Part shown: positions 63,998 to 64,000 of the stretch, piece by piece
Layout: every line of letters starts with the position of its first letter
Numbering within the stretch: the first letter of the stretch is position 1
Assembly (NCBI GenBank): GCA_043228905.1
Contig: JBHGNT010000005.1
Span: 22,878,001 to 22,942,000 of the forward strand
Direction: 5' to 3'
DNA length: 64,000 nucleotides
Source of the DNA: Azolla caroliniana
Lineage: Eukaryota; Plantae; Polypodiophyta
Translations under genes and position numbers: made by a program
The notes under the pieces: generated by a model
What the model was told of the DNA's origin: nothing
Seen by the model: only the letters and a program-made list of their open reading frames with translations
Databases searched by the model: none

Positions 63998-64000
63998 TCC

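Overview
Eukaryotic land-plant genomic DNA, most likely a fern (inferred from the very long PLS-class PPR gene and the TE types). Host genes: a spliced minus-strand PHD/zinc-finger + Plus3 (NERD-like) gene (about 23.3-26.1 kb), a P-class PPR gene (29.5-31.8 kb), a 1347-aa PLS-class PPR gene (34.2-38.2 kb) and a 5-exon GARP/G2-like MYB transcription factor (51.7-54.9 kb). TEs: two decayed Ty1/copia elements, a Ty3/gypsy 5' end, a MULE transposase remnant with an adjacent Ulp1-like protease remnant, two complementary LINE pieces and two hAT-type MITEs with 8-bp TSDs. The most unusual region is 4.2-19.3 kb: four tandem ~2.3-kb units, each with spliceable exons for 45-aa acidic repeats and an atypical C2H2-finger domain plus an intronic minisatellite. 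The array lies co-oriented between the PHD-Plus3 gene and the Ulp1 + MULE remnants, with LINE halves at two unit junctions. Also notable: an 11-nt Tf1-style self-priming PBS and tRNA-like Pol III boxes in the gypsy LTR, and an apparent compensated frameshift pair in the GARP gene. All calls were made by eye; no database searches were run.
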